Shown: positions 30,638 to 40,484 of the stretch, piece by piece
How the letters are laid out: every line of letters starts with the position of its first letter
How positions within the stretch are numbered: the first letter of the stretch is position 1
Assembly (NCBI GenBank): GCA_039189765.1
Contig: JBCCYL010000003.1
Location: 1 to 64,000 of the forward strand
Length of the DNA: 64,000 nucleotides
Reading direction: 5' to 3'
Source of the DNA: Cyanobacteria bacterium P01_F01_bin.150
Lineage (GTDB): Bacteria > Cyanobacteriota > Cyanobacteriia > CAKZMO01
The notes under the pieces: model-generated
Told to the model about the DNA's origin: nothing
The model's input: the letters and a program-made list of their open reading frames with translations, nothing else
Databases searched by the model: none
Position numbers and translations under genes: made by a program

Positions 30638-32415
30638 CATCATCCAATATTCCTAACGCATCTCCCCTTGCCCGTCTGCTTCGCTACAGCCGTCCATACC
30701 GTACCCAGGTATGGCTGGCGATTGCAGCCTCTACATTCAACAAGCTATTTGACTTAGCTCCACCGCTATTAATTGGAGTAGCGGTGGATATTGTTGTGAA
30801 TAAGGAGCAGTCTTGGCTGGCGGGCTTGGGACTCTCCTCGGTGCTCTCACAGCTAGTTGTTTTGTCCATTGCCTCTTTTGTTGTATGGGCATTGGAATCA
30901 ATTTTTGAGTACGCTTATGCCCGGCAATGGCGTAACTTGGCCCAAAGCATTCAGCATAAGATGCGATTGGATGCCTATAGTCATTTGCAAGATTTGGAGC
31001 TAGCCTACTTTGAGTCCAGCAGCGTTGGCGGATTAATGTCTATCCTCAGCGATGATATTAATCAACTGGAGCGCTTTTTGGATGAAGGGGCCAACCAAAT
31101 TATCCAGCTCATCACCACCATTTTGACGATCGGCACCTACTTTTTTGTGACCTCCCCCAGCCTTGCATGGATGGCCATGCTTCCCATGCCGTTTATCGTC
31201 TGGGGGTCCCTGGTGTTTCAGCGCCGGCTGGCTCCCAAGTATGCCGAAGTGCGGGAGACCGTCAGCGATTTAAATGGCCGGTTAGCCAATAACCTTAGCG
31301 GCATTACCACCATCAAAAGTTTCACCACCGAAGCGTATGAAATACAGCGGGTAGAAGCGGAAAGTGAAGCCTATCGTCAAAGCAATCGCCGGGCGATCGC
31401 CCTCAGCGCCGCCTTTGTTCCACTGATTCGCATCGTGATTCTGGTGGGATTTACCGCAACCTTGCTATACGGCGGACTGGCAGCGGCGGACGGGAGACTG
31501 GAAGTGGGAACCTACAGCGTGCTGGTCTTTTTAACCCAGCGTCTACTGTGGCCCCTGACCCACATGGGCGATACCCTAGACCACTACCAGCGGGCCATGG
31601 CCTCCACCACGCGAGTGATGAACGTATTGGATACCCCTGTGGCGATTCATCCTGGTCATGTGCCGCTCCAGTTGGCGTCAGTAAAAGGAGAGGTGCGTCT
31701 GGAAAATGTCACCTTTGCCTACGAAGGCTACGATCCAGCGATTTCCCACCTTTCCCTCCATATTCCCGCAGGGCACACCATTGGCGTGGTTGGCTCCACT
31801 GGCTCCGGTAAAAGTACCTTGGTAAAGCTACTTTTGCGACTCTACGAAATTCACTCCGGGATGATTACCCTGGATGGCCTGGATATTCAAACGATTCAAA
31901 TCCAGGATCTACGACGGGCCATCGGCTGGGTCAGCCAGGATGTCTTTCTATTTGAGGGCACGGTGGCGGACAATATCCGCTACGGTAGCCCCAACGCCAC
32001 CATGGTAGACGTGCAGCGAGCGGCCACGGTTGCCGAGGCCCACGACTTTATCGTTCGCTTTCCCAATGGCTACAACACCATTGTTGGAGAACGAGGACAA
32101 AAGCTATCCGGGGGCCAGCGGCAGCGATTGGCGATTGCCCGCGCTGTCCTCCGAAATCCCCCCATCCTAATTTTGGACGAAGCCACCTCAGCAGTGGACA
32201 ATGAAACAGAGGTGGCGATTCAGCGATCGCTCAACCGCATTACCCAGGACCGAACGACCATTGCGATCGCCCATCGCCTATCGACCATTCGCCATGCAGA
32301 CTGCATCTACGTGATGGAATACGGCAAAATTGTGGAACAGGGCACCCATGAGGAGCTGCTGGACCAAAACGGAGTATATGCCGGACTGTGGAATGTTCAA
32401 CTGGGAAACGTATAA
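30634..32415 (+). CDS. ABC exporter, fused TMD + ATPase
   Basis: GSTGSGKST, LSGGQRQR, LDEATS; ATGA overlap with the desaturase gene. Confidence 0.93.
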   Translation: MTSSNIPNASPLARLLRYSRPYRTQVWLAIAASTFNKLFDLAPPLLIGVAVDIVVNKEQSWLAGLGLSSVLSQLVVLSIASFVVWALESIFEYAYARQWRNLAQSIQHKMRLDAYSHLQDLELAYFESSSVGGLMSILSDDINQLERFLDEGANQIIQLITTILTIGTYFFVTSPSLAWMAMLPMPFIVWGSLVFQRRLAPKYAEVRETVSDLNGRLANNLSGITTIKSFTTEAYEIQRVEAESEAYRQSNRRAIALSAAFVPLIRIVILVGFTATLLYGGLAAADGRLEVGTYSVLVFLTQRLLWPLTHMGDTLDHYQRAMASTTRVMNVLDTPVAIHPGHVPLQLASVKGEVRLENVTFAYEGYDPAISHLSLHIPAGHTIGVVGSTGSGKSTLVKLLLRLYEIHSGMITLDGLDIQTIQIQDLRRAIGWVSQDVFLFEGTVADNIRYGSPNATMVDVQRAATVAEAHDFIVRFPNGYNTIVGERGQKLSGGQRQRLAIARAVLRNPPILILDEATSAVDNETEVAIQRSLNRITQDRTTIAIAHRLSTIRHADCIYVMEYGKIVEQGTHEELLDQNGVYAGLWNVQLGNV

Positions 32416-32418
32416 AGG

Positions 32419-34410
32419 ATGAAAATCGAGTATGAAATCCAGCTTCAAGATATCCAAAGCTGGGTAGAATTCTGTACTAATTTGTCTGAGATAAAAGCAA
32501 CTATCAAGTTTAGGCCACAGGCCATTTTTTTCCTTAAAGCCTGGCTTGGAATCAATATAGCAACGATTGTATTGAAGATTGTTTTTGCCTCCATATCGTT
32601 GATTACTCTTATAGTAGTCTATATCATTTTAGTTCTCTTACTAGCGTTTTTTTACAGTACCCTTTCCATCTCTAAAAATTCTATACTTGACACGATTAAA
32701 AATAAAACACGTCAATCAAATCATTATCATTGGTTAGGGCCAAGACAACTTACCTTCTCCAACACAGCCATCTCAGAAAAGATTGATGGCGTATTTTACT
32801 GGTATTTTTGGGAGGATATTCAAGACATTATTAGAACCCGCAATCATTTATTCTTAATCGGAGAGAAGATACCTCAGTTTTTTAGCATTATTCCTCTTCG
32901 TGAATTGCGTAAGACTTCCCAAGGAGAAAAGATAGTAGATCTGATTATACAAAAATGCCCAAAACCCTATATTTTTTTCCAATCTCCTTCATCCAAGAAA
33001 TCTGCCAACCCTAGTTTAAAGACAAATATTACCTATGCTGATGTTGCGTGGCTCTGGCACACAAACCTTTTAAAATTTTGGATAGAATGTGTCCATCGAT
33101 CAAATGCCAATAACCAACCAGACCTTAGTCTACTGCAAATCAGTAGAGCAACATTTATAGATGCCAGCATTCCTGGTAATTGGGCTGAACGAGCAAGATT
33201 ACTGCATAGTTTAGGGCGATATCCTGAATCCTTAATCTGCTGTCGAAAAGTCTTAGAACTATTTACTCATCAGTATAATATCGCAGGTCAAAAAATATTT
33301 AAAGAAAATAATGAACTGCACGTTGCATTACAAATTGCGATTTCAACTCGTGCAAGTATTCTAGCAACCTTAAATAGACGAGAAGAGGCTATTGACAGAT
33401 TTAACTACTCTCTAGAACTCAGAGAAAAGGTAGAAGAGGGTTCTGAAAAACAAATTGAGCAATCAGTCTCAAAAGTACTCACTTATTTCTGTAAACTGAG
33501 CCTTTTATCTAGCTTAAATAAAGCGAATGCTGCCTTAGATTTATGTGAAACGATAATATCAGAAAGTACTTCAACACCCTATCTACAATCAGCATGGATG
33601 TCGAAAGGTAATTTGCTCTTTATTCTTAAAAAATATGATGAAGCAATTGATAGCTATGTTAAGGTATTAGAAATTGATTCAAAGTTGATTTCAGCACATT
33701 ATGCAATTGCATGTTGCCAGTTATTTATAGAAAATATAGAGTCTTGCGTCAAGAGCTTAAAAAAAATTATTTCTCTAGATCCTGATTATAAAGAGTTCAT
33801 TTTATTAGATCCAGATTTACAGAAGGTTTACCATAGTTTAGATATCCAGGATAGACAGGTATCTGAAGAGACGTCGAAACCGTCAACCTCGTCTGTTACA
33901 CCAGGCTATCAAACGAAAGACCCCTCGCTTCATCAATTAAAATTTCGACGTGCAACGTCCAATGACCACGTTGCTATTGTGAAGCTTCAAACGCAAGTAC
34001 TCAGAAAAGTTTGTTCTGCCCATTATTCTCCAACACAGGTTGCCTCTTTAGTTCGAGGTCAAAAGCAAGGGCGAGTTCAAGATAACAATGAAACTATCTT
34101 TATTGCCCAAGATGATAATGATCGCCCGATCGGATTTGCAACTTTAATGTCCGCACAGCCCTTTATTGGAGGGGTTTATGTTCACCCAGATTGTCTTCGT
34201 CGGGAAATAGGGTCAGTTTTACTGAAAAAAATTGAGCAAACAGCTTTGAAAAAGCGATGTCCAGATCTTTACGTATTGGCAAGTCTAACTGCGTACCCGT
34301 TTTTCCAACGTAACGGATATCGAGAAATGCAAAAGACTGGTTTTTGGTCAGAAGGTCGAATATGGGTTCCCTGCGTCATGATGGAAAAAAGTCTGGTTCC
34401 TCTTAAATAG
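32419..34410 (+). CDS. YcxB-like membrane domain + TPR repeats + C-terminal GNAT acetyltransferase
   Basis: 2 TM helices, WEDI...IIP (YcxB-like), TPR (AWMSKGNLL...YDEAIDSY.K.LEID), GNAT (GGVYVHPD.LRREIGS.LL...ASLTA.PFF..NGY); AT-rich. Confidence 0.7.
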   Translation: MKIEYEIQLQDIQSWVEFCTNLSEIKATIKFRPQAIFFLKAWLGINIATIVLKIVFASISLITLIVVYIILVLLLAFFYSTLSISKNSILDTIKNKTRQSNHYHWLGPRQLTFSNTAISEKIDGVFYWYFWEDIQDIIRTRNHLFLIGEKIPQFFSIIPLRELRKTSQGEKIVDLIIQKCPKPYIFFQSPSSKKSANPSLKTNITYADVAWLWHTNLLKFWIECVHRSNANNQPDLSLLQISRATFIDASIPGNWAERARLLHSLGRYPESLICCRKVLELFTHQYNIAGQKIFKENNELHVALQIAISTRASILATLNRREEAIDRFNYSLELREKVEEGSEKQIEQSVSKVLTYFCKLSLLSSLNKANAALDLCETIISESTSTPYLQSAWMSKGNLLFILKKYDEAIDSYVKVLEIDSKLISAHYAIACCQLFIENIESCVKSLKKIISLDPDYKEFILLDPDLQKVYHSLDIQDRQVSEETSKPSTSSVTPGYQTKDPSLHQLKFRRATSNDHVAIVKLQTQVLRKVCSAHYSPTQVASLVRGQKQGRVQDNNETIFIAQDDNDRPIGFATLMSAQPFIGGVYVHPDCLRREIGSVLLKKIEQTALKKRCPDLYVLASLTAYPFFQRNGYREMQKTGFWSEGRIWVPCVMMEKSLVPLK

Positions 34411-34487
34411 AGGATTGGAAAGCAGCGATATCGGTTACATTATAATCGGTGAGATAATCAACGTCCGATGGGTGACACGCTGTTTTT

Positions 34488-35141
34488 ATGACACCTTTAG
34501 ATGCACTACTTTTAGTCCTGTATGTCCTGATTGTGTATCAAGTCCTTACAGGAGCGATCGCCAAGCTGGATAAACGGGCTAAGGTCAATCTGAGTGAGGA
34601 TAAACTCAAGGCCGATCTTGAGGCTCGTAATTTGCAGGATATGGTTAAATTTAAGTTTAAGTTTGAGAAAACTTATTCCTTAAGCGATAGCCTCAAGAAG
34701 CTATCCATTACTGTTACGAATAAGTCAAATGATACGCTCTATGTTGACTGGGACCGCAGTTCTTTGACCAACTTTAAGGAGCGATCGCGCCGCGTCATTC
34801 GTCTCACCCCTAATAAACGGCCCGATCTAATCCGCGCCCAAGTCGTAAGTGCCATTTCTCCTATGCGACAGATTGAGGAAGAGATCACCGCTGAAGACGT
34901 ATTTAACCAGGAAGCTGAATCCGCTTCTCTGGATCTCGGCGGGGTTATTGTCCCCGTTGAACGACCCAAGCCGAAGAAGGGGCAACCGGAGCCAAAAGGC
35001 CCCCCCACGTTCTACCTTTACCTTTGGGTGGAAGGAAAATTGACGAATGAGGATGAAGGCAGTTCTCAAGAATTTCGACATCTTATCCCTTTCGAATTTA
35101 TTATCAGTAAGCGACCCTGGACTGACGCGCTGCCGTGGTGA
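34488..35141 (+). CDS. Hypothetical membrane-anchored protein
   Basis: N-terminal TM; VDWDRSSL...RRVIR motif. Confidence 0.7.
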   Translation: MTPLDALLLVLYVLIVYQVLTGAIAKLDKRAKVNLSEDKLKADLEARNLQDMVKFKFKFEKTYSLSDSLKKLSITVTNKSNDTLYVDWDRSSLTNFKERSRRVIRLTPNKRPDLIRAQVVSAISPMRQIEEEITAEDVFNQEAESASLDLGGVIVPVERPKPKKGQPEPKGPPTFYLYLWVEGKLTNEDEGSSQEFRHLIPFEFIISKRPWTDALPW

Positions 35142-35291
35142 TCGTCAGTAAAACGCGGTAGTAAAACGAGTTAGGCCATAGGATGTCTGAAGCGATCGCC
35201 AGCACATTGGTGCCGATATAATAAGGCAGCACCAAAATACAGGTTATGTTGACTGACAAAAGTCCTGAAAATCCTGATTTCTTGTTCATAC

Positions 35292-35417
35292 TCCTAGCAA
35301 CTGGAAGTTGCGGCTACACAAACAAAGTCCACCGCCGTGGACTAGGTATATTAATGCTTCTGGTAACCCGCGTAGGCGGGTTTTGTTTGTGTAGCCGCAG
35401 TTTCTAACTGCCCAGGT
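35292..35417. repeat. Palindromic MITE-like element
   Basis: gcggctacacaaacaaa/tttgtttgtgtagccgc arms enclosing hairpins agtccac..gtggact and aacccgc..gcgggtt. Confidence 0.8.
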
Positions 35418-35540
35418 TTAAATTTTTGTCAGGCAACCAGGGCTTCAATTCCAAGCGGATGCAGATCTGAACCAGGATATCGTCACAGGGATGGGGCAAC
35501 GATTCACCACGTTAAGAATTCAGGAAACATGCTGTGCATC

Positions 35541-36134
35541 TTAGAAAACAAGCACTTCAGCACTAGGATAGCCCAGCGAAATTGGTGCAGAGGCCCAATT
35601 ATAGAAATCGGGAGCTAACTTAATCAGCTTTTTGATGATGTCGTCGTTTACCCACAGAACAATGGGGAACGAAAAGTTCTGCTGAAACTCATTGCGAGTC
35701 TGGTTAATGGATATCAGCAGCTCATCCAGATGCGTGACGTTATTTAGACCCAAGATAAAAAGACAGAAAGATGCATCAGCATCACACGCAGATTGACTCT
35801 TTCTAACGAGCGAATAAAGCTGTTGTGTGTTGTTCGGCAGCTCTAGCACTTCAGGGGCAAGATTGTAGCGATCTCGTAAGAGTCTTAAGGCGAGGGATTG
35901 GGGGTAGGCGCGATCGCACCGCACAAACGTCAATGAAAAGCGATGTTTTGACAGGGAAATCGAACGAGCCAAAGTTTTTAAGGCGCGATCGTCCCGCGTA
36001 GTACACAAAGAATTATGGAATTGCGACATAGAACTAGCTTGGTGAGATGCGTCTCCCAATTCGGAGAATATATTCATTGTTCCCGTGTGTGTGAATGCAC
36101 TATACCCATCCTTTTCAAGGGGACAGCCCACCAA
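35541..36134 (-). CDS. Stand-alone paralog of the N-terminal domain of the 37113-40484 STAND protein
   Basis: Shared motifs L.RS.SL, VRC, NQ.R..F...F.F...LW..DD, APDFYNWA; true start possibly a downstream ATG. Confidence 0.75.
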   Translation of the reverse strand: MVGCPLEKDGYSAFTHTGTMNIFSELGDASHQASSMSQFHNSLCTTRDDRALKTLARSISLSKHRFSLTFVRCDRAYPQSLALRLLRDRYNLAPEVLELPNNTQQLYSLVRKSQSACDADASFCLFILGLNNVTHLDELLISINQTRNEFQQNFSFPIVLWVNDDIIKKLIKLAPDFYNWASAPISLGYPSAEVLVF

Positions 36135-36616
36135 TCAGAATCATTTTCCGACTGACGACCAAAAAGATGGAGCTTATCCAACACACAAACTAGATGCCAC
36201 AAATCTCTGATGGATGATCTGACGAACAGATCAATGAATAAGTGCCAGCATTGTCATGACCTTCCAACTAAAGATGCTGACTTAGCAATTATCACTCTGA
36301 CAACACATCGAAATGCAAAAGAAGCACTTGCACCCATTGCAGACAATACAGACAGAATACAATCTGTGCTTTAGATCACTCAATAAGTGTGATCTAGTAA
36401 AGACTCTCACAAACCTGAGGCTCTTTACTGGATGCCTTTATGATTCGTAACAATACAGAAAAAATGACATAGATAGGGAGGGGGCTTAGATTTTGCCGAG
36501 GTCAACATAATGCATTGAGTTACAGAAATGATGGCTACCAGCGAAAAAATCAAAAACTTAGTTGATGTTCCGGATAAAAAATTCCAGAAGAGAACAACTA
36601 AACGTACACCGTTTAG

Positions 36617-37099
36617 TTGTTCTTTTCACAGCTCCCTATGTTTAATAAAATCAACAGATTAATACAAAAAAGATTTTTTCCTGTTTCATTGTTGCTCATT
36701 TGCATAGCGACAACCCCTGTACTGGCTCAAGACACTAATTCTGCTCACCAAAGCTCCAAAGAAGTGCAAGAATTAGTACAATACAATGCTCTTAAGAACC
36801 AAAACAATACATCACAGGAATGTTTAAGAAAAGATGACCTAAACAAAGATTTTCTTGAGCATATCATTAGTACTGGATACTCTGTACAATCAGATACTGG
36901 ATATATTTTACAAGCATCTACAGAAGAGAACCCAATTAGAGAATATACGATTCTTGATGACTCAACAGGAATAAGGGCCAGAAGATGGAATGAGTCATCG
37001 CATCAATGGGACTGTTGTCCTAAAACAAAAGCTAATTTTCCAATCATTGGAGGTTTATTTCGCGAATATATAAGTTGTGATCCACCTCTACAAAATTAA
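36617..37099 (+). CDS. Hypothetical secreted Cys-containing protein (AT-rich)
   Basis: Signal-peptide-like LLLICIATTPVLA-Q; CC and further Cys; converges on the STAND gene; start may be ATG 36638. Confidence 0.55.
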   Translation: MFFSQLPMFNKINRLIQKRFFPVSLLLICIATTPVLAQDTNSAHQSSKEVQELVQYNALKNQNNTSQECLRKDDLNKDFLEHIISTGYSVQSDTGYILQASTEENPIREYTILDDSTGIRARRWNESSHQWDCCPKTKANFPIIGGLFREYISCDPPLQN

Positions 37100-37112
37100 A
37101 GTAGTTGGAATG

Positions 37113-40100
37113 TTATTCCAGCTTATAAGAAACAGTGCAGCTCTCTTGAAAATTAAACTTATTTAATATTTTATCATCAGAATTTATCACCTGACAATAA
37201 GATTTTAACCAATTCTGAGTAAGGTTGTTTAACTCATCTGAGCTTAAGTTTTCTAGTTGATTATCATTCAAATATTCAGGAAAATGGACTTGGTTAAGTG
37301 TTGAGGATTTACTGGAATTTAATGGTTCGTCTTTAAGCATTGATTGAAACGCTTTAACGATTTTTATTTTGATGATATCCTCTTTATAGCCCTCGTCTTG
37401 AATTCCCAATAGCTGTCCTGCTCGGATTATGGAAATCGCAGCTAAATCTTCAGCTTCATGTTTTAAAATCGGATCGGGGTTCAGTTTTTTCTCAGCGTCT
37501 CTTAAGTAAAAGAGGATTATGCTATTTATCTGATCATTCCTTGCTTTCTTGAAAAGTGCAAGGTTGTGTTTATTGACAGAACGTGAGTATATAAATATTC
37601 CTAGGAATACAGCTATTGAAACTAGCGATAGGGTTAAAATTACTATCTTCTGGTGTAGTCTTCTTTCAACCAGTGCTCTCTCAAGCTTTTCTTTCTCTGC
37701 TTGATAGTTCTCTTTCTCAAGCTTTTTTTCTAGCTCTATAATCTTTATTTTCTCTTTAGTGCGAGAATGCAGTTTTCGTTCCCTTTTTAGTTCATCTACG
37801 ATATTTCTGATAAAAGTTCTCTTAGAACGAATAAAAGTCACGAGATAGTCATGAATTAGCTGATATCTGTTGGTTGGAGCTTCGGGAATTAAAAATATTA
37901 AGCCAGCTTTTTGAAAAATGTATAAAATTAATTCAATCTGAACTATCTCTTGTACAAGTTTTTGCTCCAAATTTTCAATTTCAGTTTCGATTTCATGACG
38001 TGTTTTAGGCGGTCGTGTATTATTTTCATCAGTAAGAACATATAAGATTAAATTTGCAGCTCTTTTATTTTCAGAACCGCAATCTTGAATTATACTTTCA
38101 AGATACTTCTGAACTAGAATATTTATCTGTTTTTTACCAACAGTCCTATAGATATTTAAGTTAACTATTCCTTCACTTTGAAGCTGGAAACCAACCACTT
38201 GAAGTTCAATAGGTTTGACTTCTCCATTAACCGTTAAGTTTTGAACGATGCGATCGCGCAACTCCTCTTCCATATAAAACTGAGCGCGTTCAGTGAGCTT
38301 ATCTAGAATAGCCTTAGCATCTTCGGGAGTAAAATTACCTAGGGGATAGCGATGCTCTTGACTAAGGATATTTTTATAGAGTTGAATTTGGCCTTCTGTG
38401 GGAGTAGGGGCATAGCGTTCCCATTCCAGCAAATAGTGGAGATAGTCTTCTCGAAGGGATAAAATCACATTAACGTGAAGAATATTGAGACATTGGCTCA
38501 GAAAACTAAAAAAGGTTTGACGTTCGCTAATTTCCCGGCAGTTAAAGAAGAACTCTTCAAACTGGTCAAAAATAAGAACTGTTACCAGATTAGAGCGAGA
38601 ATTTGCCTGAAGCTGAGTCAAAATAGTATCCGCAGACTGTGGCGTAGATACTGCTTGGTCTGGATTTTGTTGAAGCTGGCTTGCTAATTTTTCTCCTAAC
38701 TTTTCGGCCCACTGACAATTAGTATAGGTTCGGGTCATTACCGATAGAATTTTTCGGGTTTCGATGCGTTTGGATTGCAGCGTTGGGATTAATCCTGCTT
38801 GGAGGATGGAGCTTTTGCCAACGCCCAAAGGACCGTGAAGAATGGTTAGTCGGCATTGTTTATCTACAATTCGTTCCCATAGAGCATCCACATCGCGTTG
38901 GCGTCCGGATACGGCAATTTCTGGGGATACTTCAATGGCTTGTCCATCGGCAGATTCTTTGGGCTGCAGGCGTCCGGCACCAATAAAGGCTTGAAATCCG
39001 TATTGATTTTGGAGCTGGTTTTTCTTGCGCTTACACTCAAACGCTTCACGGTAATTCTTTTGCTGAAAATAGATTTCCCGGAGCTGGTCTAAAATGCCGA
39101 TATATAGTTGGGGGTTCTCGGCTTTGGAACCATAGTCGAGGGTCGTACGCAAATGCTGCTTGGCGGCATCGGTATTGCCAAGATGGTAATCCGCTTGGGC
39201 CAGCAGTGATAGAAAGAGACTGCAATCTAGACAAGGCTGGGGCAGACGGTCGACGATCGCCAACGCCTCCTCTACATGAGTTTTAGCCTGTTGATACGCT
39301 TGCTGCTGCAAAGCCAACTCTGCCTTAAAACTGTAATCCCTTGCCCTTTCTAGGGCATAGATATCGCGTCCTTGTGTATCCGACTGATGCAAATCCAGCG
39401 CTTCTCGAACAAGGATGTCCAAATCATCCCACTGCTGTAGACGTTTGAGGGTTTCACTCAAATAACCAATAAAGCGGGCCTTGAGGTCCAAGCGATCGCC
39501 CCCCTCAAACCCAGCCAGAGCCTCCCGAAAATAGTCTGCTGCATCCTGCCAGTGATCCTCTTGGTGAGCGCGATCGCCCTCCGCTTTACGCCAATAGCAA
39601 AGGCCCAGGTGTATGCCAAGAAATCCTGCACGGATAGGTTGCGGTTGGGTTTGCCAAATGTCCAGGCTTTTTTGGTAGTGTGCGATCGCCTGATCAAGGG
39701 TGCGTTGTGTCTCACGATCGTACCCCCAAGAGGTCCGCGCTATTTTACGAAAATAGTCCCGTCCCCAAAGCAAATCTAAGTTCGCCTTTAATTCAGGTTG
39801 CAAGTCATAGGCATGGGTGTCCAAATCCTGCTGGAGGGACTTTAATTCCCAAGACTGTAGGGGAAAAAGGGCAGCATCACCCACGGAAGTACCATCAGCA
39901 TCGACAATATGAGACTGGAGACCCTGGGGAAATAGGGGCCGATGGGATTGCAGTAGCGTTGCCCATAGCCGCTCTGTCTGGTCAGTTAGCCCATGCAAAA
40001 GATCCTCTCTCGACGGCACAAAAGAGCTGGGGCTAGCGGCCCAGTTATAGAAATCTGGGGCGCGTCTAATCATCAGCGGTAAGACATCATCCGTCATCCA

Positions 40101-40484
40101 CAGCAGCATCAGAAAGGGAAACCGTTGATGAAACGCATCACGAACTTGATTGGTCGCAGAGAACAATCCCTCTAGATCTGCTACCTGCTCAAATCCATGA
40201 ATACTGAGGACTCGTAACTCTGCCCGTTCTGCGGTGCTAAAAGTAGTTTCGATGGCATCTACCAAGGTTAAGGTGTCTGCTTTTAGTGTCAGCGATTGAA
40301 TCGGCAACGAACAGGTTTGTCGCAGATGGGTCATTACCCGCTGACGAAGGTCGTTATAGTTGCAACGTACAAGCTTTAGGGCAAATTCTTGCTCATTTAA
40401 TAGGCTAACCGAACGGATCAAGCTACGGAGCGATCGCTCGTTTTCACCAGAGAACTCTAGGGGGGAAGGGCGATCGCTTATCAT
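37113..40484 (-). CDS. TPR + STAND-class (nSTAND1-like) NTPase with coiled coil and TM tail
   Basis: TPR helices, Walker A GPLGVGKSS, Walker B VLIFDQFEEFF, LSLREDYL, YQLIHDYL, TM IVILTLSLVSIAVFLGIFIY. Confidence 0.85.
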   Translation of the reverse strand: MISDRPSPLEFSGENERSLRSLIRSVSLLNEQEFALKLVRCNYNDLRQRVMTHLRQTCSLPIQSLTLKADTLTLVDAIETTFSTAERAELRVLSIHGFEQVADLEGLFSATNQVRDAFHQRFPFLMLLWMTDDVLPLMIRRAPDFYNWAASPSSFVPSREDLLHGLTDQTERLWATLLQSHRPLFPQGLQSHIVDADGTSVGDAALFPLQSWELKSLQQDLDTHAYDLQPELKANLDLLWGRDYFRKIARTSWGYDRETQRTLDQAIAHYQKSLDIWQTQPQPIRAGFLGIHLGLCYWRKAEGDRAHQEDHWQDAADYFREALAGFEGGDRLDLKARFIGYLSETLKRLQQWDDLDILVREALDLHQSDTQGRDIYALERARDYSFKAELALQQQAYQQAKTHVEEALAIVDRLPQPCLDCSLFLSLLAQADYHLGNTDAAKQHLRTTLDYGSKAENPQLYIGILDQLREIYFQQKNYREAFECKRKKNQLQNQYGFQAFIGAGRLQPKESADGQAIEVSPEIAVSGRQRDVDALWERIVDKQCRLTILHGPLGVGKSSILQAGLIPTLQSKRIETRKILSVMTRTYTNCQWAEKLGEKLASQLQQNPDQAVSTPQSADTILTQLQANSRSNLVTVLIFDQFEEFFFNCREISERQTFFSFLSQCLNILHVNVILSLREDYLHYLLEWERYAPTPTEGQIQLYKNILSQEHRYPLGNFTPEDAKAILDKLTERAQFYMEEELRDRIVQNLTVNGEVKPIELQVVGFQLQSEGIVNLNIYRTVGKKQINILVQKYLESIIQDCGSENKRAANLILYVLTDENNTRPPKTRHEIETEIENLEQKLVQEIVQIELILYIFQKAGLIFLIPEAPTNRYQLIHDYLVTFIRSKRTFIRNIVDELKRERKLHSRTKEKIKIIELEKKLEKENYQAEKEKLERALVERRLHQKIVILTLSLVSIAVFLGIFIYSRSVNKHNLALFKKARNDQINSIILFYLRDAEKKLNPDPILKHEAEDLAAISIIRAGQLLGIQDEGYKEDIIKIKIVKAFQSMLKDEPLNSSKSSTLNQVHFPEYLNDNQLENLSSDELNNLTQNWLKSYCQVINSDDKILNKFNFQESCTVSYKLE

